A DNA stretch of 64,000 bases from IMG/VR virus record IMGVR_UViG_3300033146_004128, positions 123,665-187,664 of that record. The stretch is one strand, 5' to 3'. The DNA is from a virus. The notes beneath the pieces were generated by a model, which saw only the letters and a list, made by a program, of their open reading frames with translations, was not told the origin of the DNA and did no database searches. A program made the position numbers and the translations under genes. Below are positions 10,248 through 17,800 of the stretch, in pieces (position 1 is the stretch's first letter; each line of letters opens with the position of its first letter).

Positions 10248-12077
10248 GTTCATCCTTATATTGGACACAAGATTGTAGAAGTTATCTTCATTTTCAAGAT
10301 GCGTCTTGAGATGATCATGGTCTGAATATTGTGATGATATCATGGTTAGGCAGTCCCTGAAGAATCTTGCATATAGTTTATCTGGGTGTGTCCCTTCTAG
10401 TCTTCTAGACATGACATACTTTGCCGGCCCAAAGCTTTCCTGGCTCATTACTATATCGGCATCCTCTTCGTGCTCAACAAATACAACCTTTTGCTTTATG
10501 TTTGGATGATAGTCTTCCCTGCCCTCATTTATAAAAGCAAACTCTCCATCCTTAAGTGTAAGAAGATCAGGGTCTTTTCCTACTGATGATATTGGGTTGA
10601 AGGCCCTTGAGCAAAAGTATCTTTTTGCATTCACTTTTCCAACTTTTGTTGTGTAGTAGACAGATACCCTATACTCTATGTCAAATAAGATTGCCAAAGC
10701 AAGACCATATGTACTTCTGAGAGCCGTATTTGCGTCTTTAAGGCTGTTAAATATGAATAGGTATGACTTAGCCCTATTGACTAGGTTTTTACCCTTATAG
10801 CTTGCCCTGTCAGCAATTATCCATTTCGTATTCTTGGATACAGTCTTTAGGTTCGTTGATTCGAACCTTATCTCTCTTTTTCCATACTTGAAAAACATTC
10901 TCACATTATCGAACTCGTAGCACATATCTGATACTGACGACTCACTTGTTCCTACGTAGTCACGAATATATTCATGAACAACAGCTATCATGTCATCAAT
11001 GGGCATGTGAGATACCATGTCACTTACTGTGTCTATGGACTTTATCTTTTTAGCAAGCCTCCGTGCAGAAGCATTATCATTTGCACTTGCATACACATAC
11101 TGTGCATTTCCGTATCTCTCAGATATTATCGTGCTGAACCCTTTTGATACGATAAAGAACATATCAAGTATTCCAAAAACAAACTTCTTGTCAGTGTCGC
11201 TTATCTTTGTGTCAAGGTTTGATCTTGAAGCTATCATTGATGCTATATTTTCAGGGATAGGCTTCCCAAGTCTTGCGCATGCTGACACAACCTCTTTTAT
11301 CGCTTCTGTTGCCTCCCTAGATGACATCCTATGAATAACCTTGTCAACTAATGCTATAGGAGTCATCTTGTTTATCCTTAGCGGAGCAATAGTCAGAGTG
11401 GTAGGGTTCTTTATGATAGATGATGCTATTTTTATTTCATGAGTGACAGCAGACTTTACTTGTGTTATAACCCCGGCACTACACCATTCTATAAGACTAG
11501 GTATCATCTCTGAAGTGACCGTATTCTTTGTTTTTGTGTACGCTCTATGGTATGTGAATGTCTTTATTACTATCGCTGTATGATTAGTACTATCATGATT
11601 TATGAGTCGTGTGTTCTCAGGCTCAAATGCAAGAAGCTTCGCATCACTGGTGCTATTTATTACAAGGAAGCCTGTTTCCATGCCCTCTATGTTAAATACA
11701 GGCTTCACCCTATTCTTTTTGTTTATGTGAGCTGTTCCCCATGGCATCTTAACTTTTATTTTTGATGAAGCAACAAATACCCCGTCATCGTCAAACTCTC
11801 CAGTTTCATCATTGAAGTAGATATGCTTATCTGCTGTCCAGGTAAAGTTTCCGTAAGTTGGATCCGGCTCAGACCTATACAACATTGCGATGCAGTTAAG
11901 CGATCTATTAGCAGATAGTTCATCTTCGATATCAAAAGATTTATCAAGATATGATATAACTCTTTTGAACTCTTTAAATCTTGCTCCAGATGCAACAAAA
12001 TAGTCATTATGCACATGTATGTCAACTCCAAGTGATGAGTTTATTAAGTCAATATGCTTTGAAAAAGAATTGTTCAT
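10236..12077 (-). CDS. hypothetical protein (613 aa)
   Basis: Long ORF, SD ggagggg; last gene of the - strand tail operon; no motif recognised. Confidence 0.65.
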   Translation of the reverse strand: MNNSFSKHIDLINSSLGVDIHVHNDYFVASGARFKEFKRVISYLDKSFDIEDELSANRSLNCIAMLYRSEPDPTYGNFTWTADKHIYFNDETGEFDDDGVFVASSKIKVKMPWGTAHINKKNRVKPVFNIEGMETGFLVINSTSDAKLLAFEPENTRLINHDSTNHTAIVIKTFTYHRAYTKTKNTVTSEMIPSLIEWCSAGVITQVKSAVTHEIKIASSIIKNPTTLTIAPLRINKMTPIALVDKVIHRMSSREATEAIKEVVSACARLGKPIPENIASMIASRSNLDTKISDTDKKFVFGILDMFFIVSKGFSTIISERYGNAQYVYASANDNASARRLAKKIKSIDTVSDMVSHMPIDDMIAVVHEYIRDYVGTSESSVSDMCYEFDNVRMFFKYGKREIRFESTNLKTVSKNTKWIIADRASYKGKNLVNRAKSYLFIFNSLKDANTALRSTYGLALAILFDIEYRVSVYYTTKVGKVNAKRYFCSRAFNPISSVGKDPDLLTLKDGEFAFINEGREDYHPNIKQKVVFVEHEEDADIVMSQESFGPAKYVMSRRLEGTHPDKLYARFFRDCLTMISSQYSDHDHLKTHLENEDNFYNLVSNIRMNLIK

Positions 12078-12083
12078 GTGTAA

Positions 12084-12326
12084 TTATATCCCCTCCGACA
12101 TCTCTCTAATGATGTCATCTATGTCAGTGGAGTCACCTCCTCCTGCAGCCAATAGACTACCGTATACACCAAGCAATGATCCATTAATCTGCATCATCGT
12201 ATTCTTTCTTGACTTGTATGACAATAGCCCCTCAAGAACGCTCCGCTCAAGTGCATCAGTTGGAGGCTCTATTATAGTGTCCAGCCTTTTATACGCCCAG
12301 AGTATTATTCCTCTGGACTCTGTGCT
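12084..12326 (-). CDS. tail assembly chaperone T-segment (-1 frame extension, 80 aa)
   Basis: Open in the -1 frame from the slippery heptamer of the upstream ORF (STESRGIILWAYKR...); no convincing own start or SD. Confidence 0.65.
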   Translation of the reverse strand, partial: STESRGIILWAYKRLDTIIEPPTDALERSVLEGLLSYKSRKNTMMQINGSLLGVYGSLLAAGGGDSTDIDDIIREMSEGI

Positions 12327-12332
12327 AAAAAA
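12295..12332 (-). other. -1 programmed ribosomal frameshift signal: U UUU UUA + 7-nt spacer + 8-bp hairpin
   Basis: GAT TTT TTA in frame (heptamer at 12326-12332); hairpin GTCCAGAG/CTCTGGGC at 12295-12318. Confidence 0.72.
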
Positions 12333-13087
12333 TCTACAAGTCCTGGGTGAAGAAGGAGGTGTGCGATTCTCCAAAATGACTTAGTTGTATTTATGATAGC
12401 AGTGATCTTTACCTCACTAGTCTCTTTAAGCATGTCATATCTGTCATTTGCACTCATCTCTGACATATCATCTCCATCAAGAGCTACTACTGCATATGAA
12501 AGGTTTCTAAGTTGCGTAAAGGTGTCGAACTCTTTTTGTGAAATAGGATCAAGCAACAGCCTCCTTACATACTCTGTATAGTCAACATAGTCATTCACAG
12601 TCTTGCTTCTCATTGTTACGCTTGATCCAAATGGAAGGTCAAAATCCTGTTCAAAATATCCCTTGCTTGAGAACACTCCTGCTGCAGCCTTAATCAGGTC
12701 GCTCTTATCTACTTCAAGATTCCCCATTGCTACTTCAAAAGGCTGGTCTGCTATCTCATGCATTATTTGATCCATGGCATCCTCTTCGCTGACGTTCTCA
12801 TCCTTCAGCCTTTCAGACTCTTTCTCTATAAAACTTCGCTCATAGTCATCAACATCTTCTTCGTCATCTTCTTTTGGACCAGGAATGACTCCTGCGTTCT
12901 TGTTTTTCTCAAGAAAAGAACTCTCCTCGAAGTCTATAGCCTCTGTGGAAATAGAGTCTTCTGACAAGCTTCCTCTTGCAACATTCCCCTTGTCAAGTTC
13001 CTGCAGCTTTTTCTCTGTGTCTTTATCTGTATCTGACTTGCTTTGCTTTGGAGGGAGAACCTCTTCTTTTATTGTTTTCGTACTCAT
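12305..13087 (-). CDS. tail assembly chaperone G-like protein (260 aa)
   Basis: Acidic N-terminus; C-terminal TAC-like segment (FEQDFDLPFGSSVTMRSKT); ends just after a slippery site; SD aaggaa. Confidence 0.6.
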   Translation of the reverse strand: MSTKTIKEEVLPPKQSKSDTDKDTEKKLQELDKGNVARGSLSEDSISTEAIDFEESSFLEKNKNAGVIPGPKEDDEEDVDDYERSFIEKESERLKDENVSEEDAMDQIMHEIADQPFEVAMGNLEVDKSDLIKAAAGVFSSKGYFEQDFDLPFGSSVTMRSKTVNDYVDYTEYVRRLLLDPISQKEFDTFTQLRNLSYAVVALDGDDMSEMSANDRYDMLKETSEVKITAIINTTKSFWRIAHLLLHPGLVDFLAQSPEE

Positions 13088-13101
13088 CTTGCTTTCCTTT
13101 T

Positions 13102-14538
13102 TTATTGTGTTAATACGACTGATTTTGTCATGCCTAATATAAATGCAAGCTCTATTGCCTGCTCTGCAACTGTCTCCGCTACTATGGTTGGATCCAGAGT
13201 TACAACTGAAGAGTCAGATCCTAGACTACCATTTATAATTTTAGATAGCTCTTCTACCGCTCCATCTATGTTCGATCTGCATCCAGACCCCTGCCCCATA
13301 TTTGTGTATGCATATGATGCACCTGGAACAACTCCACCGCTTAGTGACAACTCAAGAGAGTTTATGCAGTCATCAGCCCTATCCTTTCGCTCCGTAACAG
13401 CATTTACTGTGTTCCCGCCAACTATAACTTTTATAAGCTTTTTCTTGAGTATTGACAATATTGTTTTAAACATATCCCTTTCCTCGTCAGATGAGACAGA
13501 CCTCATTTTACCCATGTAGTAATCAGCAAGTCTATCAACATCGTCTTGATTTGACTTGTCCTCACCGGTTATCGTTATCGACTTTCTCTTTACTGATATT
13601 CTTGAGATTTTAGTCATCATCTCAGGTGTAACATCACATATGTCTATTCCGCTAGACTCTCCAACAACTGTTCCATTTATGGCGGTAGAGATTGCCTCTA
13701 TGGCAAGTGATGTGTTTATGGCACTACCACCATCTATGGCAATAGGCAAAAGATTTATTGACACACCGTGATTTATCGATAGAGCTGACAGTGATGTCAT
13801 CGCAAACTGAGGTGCAATAATGACTAGATTCTCAACTCCTGCATTCACACAGGTGGTAATCAGTTCAACAATGTCATCCTCACCACTAACCTCAGATGTA
13901 GACAGTATCACATGCGCATCTTTCAAATCAGAAGTCCTGCTATCTTTATTGTCATAAAAAATTAAGTCTATGATATTACCAGTGAAGTTTATACCGTCAA
14001 CAACATCAACTTTTGTAACACCTCTAACCTGTGGGTCTGCTATAACACCAGATATTCCACTCTCATCTGCTATTTTGAATGCAGATACTATCGCCTCTGC
14101 CAATATCTTATCACCGGCAGTTGAGGTCATTGCTACAGTCATTGCTTCAGGAGAGTCTACGGTTATATCCCTACTGTTTTTCCTTATGTTGTTCTTAACT
14201 GTATCTATGATGTGATCTTTGTGCATGAAGTCTGCACTGTTGAAATTAGCAAGTATCTTATTGGCCAGGACAACTGTGGTGGTGGTTCCGTCCCCTGCCT
14301 TAGATAGTGTGTTCAGAGAAGCTTCTTGTATCACACTTATGATTGCCTGCTCTAGAGGCTCCGTAGATACAAGAGCCCTAATAACAGACACTCCATCTTT
14401 TGTTGCAAGAGACGTGTCTCCGTTGGATAGCACCACAAATCCACCGTTTGGACCATACGTAGACTCAACAAGAGACGACACCTGTTCCATAACATTTCTC
14501 ACAAAATCAGTTGAATTTGGACCGGTTGACTTTATCAT
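13102..14538 (-). CDS. groEL: phage-encoded GroEL-like chaperonin (478 aa, divergent, no GGM tail)
   Basis: STYGPNG, TKDGVSV, AGDGTTT nucleotide-binding motif, KDRADD...GVVPG (D398-equivalent retained). Confidence 0.92.
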   Translation of the reverse strand: MIKSTGPNSTDFVRNVMEQVSSLVESTYGPNGGFVVLSNGDTSLATKDGVSVIRALVSTEPLEQAIISVIQEASLNTLSKAGDGTTTTVVLANKILANFNSADFMHKDHIIDTVKNNIRKNSRDITVDSPEAMTVAMTSTAGDKILAEAIVSAFKIADESGISGVIADPQVRGVTKVDVVDGINFTGNIIDLIFYDNKDSRTSDLKDAHVILSTSEVSGEDDIVELITTCVNAGVENLVIIAPQFAMTSLSALSINHGVSINLLPIAIDGGSAINTSLAIEAISTAINGTVVGESSGIDICDVTPEMMTKISRISVKRKSITITGEDKSNQDDVDRLADYYMGKMRSVSSDEERDMFKTILSILKKKLIKVIVGGNTVNAVTERKDRADDCINSLELSLSGGVVPGASYAYTNMGQGSGCRSNIDGAVEELSKIINGSLGSDSSVVTLDPTIVAETVAEQAIELAFILGMTKSVVLTQ

Positions 14539-14789
14539 TTTAATACCCTCGCAATAATGTCATCTGTAGTTATGACTATGTAGTCTTTATTCTCGTATTC
14601 AAGCTCCGTACCTGCATATCTTGCAATAAGAAACTTGTCTCCTTCCTTTACCCCATCTACTCCACAACTAAGTATCTCCACAGTCAATGGCTTTTCCTTG
14701 TTGCTAGATGTTTTTACAACGCCGGCAGAGTTCTTATTGTCAACTCCTATCCTGCGAGCAATTATATTGTCTCCGAAAGATTTTATCAT
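14535..14789 (-). CDS. groES: GroES-like co-chaperonin (84 aa)
   Basis: MIKSFGDNIIARR, mobile-loop-like KNSAGVVKT, VKEGDKFLIARYAGTELEYENKDYIVITTDDIIA; start after SD caggag; ATGA overlap with groEL. Confidence 0.9.
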   Translation of the reverse strand: MIKSFGDNIIARRIGVDNKNSAGVVKTSSNKEKPLTVEILSCGVDGVKEGDKFLIARYAGTELEYENKDYIVITTDDIIARVLK

Positions 14790-14869
14790 TATATCTCCTG
14801 ATATTGTAGTATCAGTAGTATACCCTAGCAAAATTAGATAATACCTTAATCGTATATATATTATGTGCC

Positions 14870-17800
14870 TTACGTCTTCTTTATATCGGGACCAGGTTTA
14901 TTTAAAGCATCTCTCACTGCTTCAGTTGCCACGGCAATTCTCTCAAGAATTGACTGCGTATTGTCCTTTGACACACCCTTCTCTGTTCTACTTCGACTCA
15001 TGACGCTTGTGTCCTTAGTTATCTTATTCATGGTTCTGTTTATATGAAAGTCTTCGCCGACAGGTGGAGTCACATTGAAGTCTGCGCTAGCCAGATGTTT
15101 TGGAATCCTTGCCTTGTCCGGACCATCAAGCGCCTTGCTGTCCACTCCTTTTTTGTTTTTTTCAGAAGTCTCAATGTCAGCATCTGGAGAGCCACCATCT
15201 CGTGGAGGAAGCCCAAAAGCAGCCCTGTAGTCTGCCTTTGCCTTTGTGCCATCTGGGTAATACCCCTCTGCATTCGCAAAAGCCTTAGTTCTTCCAGTCA
15301 CTACTCCGAACCCATCATCCTTAGGCTCAGGCAACCCAAACGCTTCCCTATAGTTTCCCATTGCCTTTGTGCCATCTGGGTAATACCCCTCTGCATTCGC
15401 AAAAGCCTTAATTCTCCCAATCTCAACCCCAAAATGATCACCTTTTTCTTTACTCATTTGTCCAGGACTTATAAATCTAGCTTGAGACTCAGCTGACCCT
15501 ATAACCTCTTTGTCCCCAGTATTTATTTCATAATTATCATTAGGATGATCCTTTATCCACTCTTTACTATCTATGGAGGGACCCATACTTGCCCTGAGGG
15601 CTTTTTTTGCCAAAGTCCTGATATCTTTATTATGTTCTACTTCAGTGTTCGATACATTTTTGTGTCCAGAACTACCTTCTCCTGACCCTATCCCATAACT
15701 ATCAACTTCACTTCTTTTTGATTTTGATCTTCTTTGAATATACTTAGGTGTAAATTTCTCCCCTTTATATATTACTCTATCCTTGCTCTCGTATTTAGTC
15801 CCTCTAGGCTTAGCATTCTTCTTCGCAACATCAAGCTTATCGCTAGCAACTTTCATTTCTGCAGCCAATTCTGCAGTTCTTTTAGCATCTTCAGCTTTCC
15901 GTGCGCCAATACTAGTTCCAGACTCATCTATATCATTCTTGTCACCAAGCATGGCCATCTTCAGCTTTCGTACATCCTTTCCTTTTCCATATCCTCCAGC
16001 TGTGTACGCATCTTTTTCCTCAGAATATCCACCATCTTTTTTATCATTATAGAACGATATCGACAATCTATCTTTTTTCGCTGTTACTTTGACTCCTCCT
16101 GCATATTGCCCTTGCAAATCTCTCTGTATAGACTCACCAAATTTCTTTGCCTCTTTAGCATCCTTGAACTGAGCAATGGACATATCAAAGGCTTTGCCCT
16201 TTTTGTGTCTCTCCTCATTTTGCTCAGATCCTCCAGTGAGTAGCAGTGTCTTTCCTTTTTTGGAAAGAGCATTTTTAGTTCTCAATAGCATATCGCTAGT
16301 GTCATCTTTTAATCCATCTAGACTAGTTCCTCCAAATGTAAGAACTGCACCCTTTCTAACACCTCCTACTTTACTCATATCCCTTCTTCCTGAAGGCATA
16401 GGGACATTATCTTTTGGGTCAGCCATGCCCATATTTTTTGGAGGCTTGGCTTGATGGTCAACGGATGTGTTTTTTACTGTCTGGGTTGGCTTTGATGCAG
16501 GAGTTGGTCTATCTTTATCATTATTCATGGTAGCCCATTCATTCTTCTTGCTATTGCCTACATGATCAACCTCAACCTTCTTTCCTTTAGTGGTATGCCT
16601 GTCAGAAGTTTTTATTGCGTCCTTCTTATCAGTATCGCTAGCTACAGGTTCTGCTACTGGAGTCTTTTTGACTGTTGCCCTCTTTGGCGGCACAACTGGC
16701 TCATCAGAAGCATCCCTAGATACAGGAGTCATAGTTTTAGCAGAATCTTCTTTTATCTTCTGAGATAAGCTGTATACTTTATTCACAGATGCAGTAAAGT
16801 CAGTTTCGGCTATGCTTTTTGTGCTTGATCCCTTCCCCTTATCTGTATTCCTGACCAAATCTGCCATTTTTGAATTTATTTGATTCAATATGTTTTCTAT
16901 AGGGTTCTGCCCCTTATTTACAGACCTGTCCTCTATTGTTTTTGCTGTTATGCCAGATGATCCTCTGTCTGCGAATGACTGAGTAAGCAATTCTTCTCCA
17001 GTAACCCCTGCCTCCTTCTTCTTGTCCCCACCTGTTATATTCTCCATGGCCCTAGACAGAACTCTTTCAGTCATGGTCATGTCTTCATATTTCTTTTCTC
17101 CAATAGCATCATACTTTTTACGTATCTCTGCGCCAGACATTCTTGTCATCTTACCTTTTTCCCCAACGTGAAATAGTCCAGCAACACCCATTGCACTAGC
17201 CTGTTTCTCTGAAGAAAGCAGGTTCTCACCGAATAGATGCCTATTTCTTGCATTTTCCAAGCCTATTGTCACTGCTCCTATAGTACTATTTTTGAAATCT
17301 TTCTCTGAAATATCTCCAAGTGCTTTTATTCCTGATAGACTGTCTACCATTTTCTTCTGTTCGGTTGAAAGTTTTTCATACTCATCTTGAGTATCGTTCA
17401 GTATCCCTTGGTCTGCAAGCTTAGAATTACTCTTACCATGTATATTCTTTGCTCTCTTCTTGGCAAGAGAGAATATTTTTGTTCTGTCTTCTTCTCCAAG
17501 CTGTGTCCATTTTACAGCAGCAACAGATGCGTCACCATCCTTAAGTATATCTGCTGCTATATTTCCTTTTGTACCCTTCATGCTGTCTAGATACAGAGAA
17601 CTTATATAGTCGGAGTCCATCGCATCACCTACAGCAAGATTGTCTGCATTTTTTGTAATAGTTCTACCAACAGCCTTAGACGTATCTTGGGCTTCCTGGT
17701 CATCCATATGAAGTGATCTCATAAGATTCTTATATGTAGGCTTTTCGTATGTCTTTGTCATATCTATACCAAGAGTCTCTACTTCTTGCTTTGTTGCATT

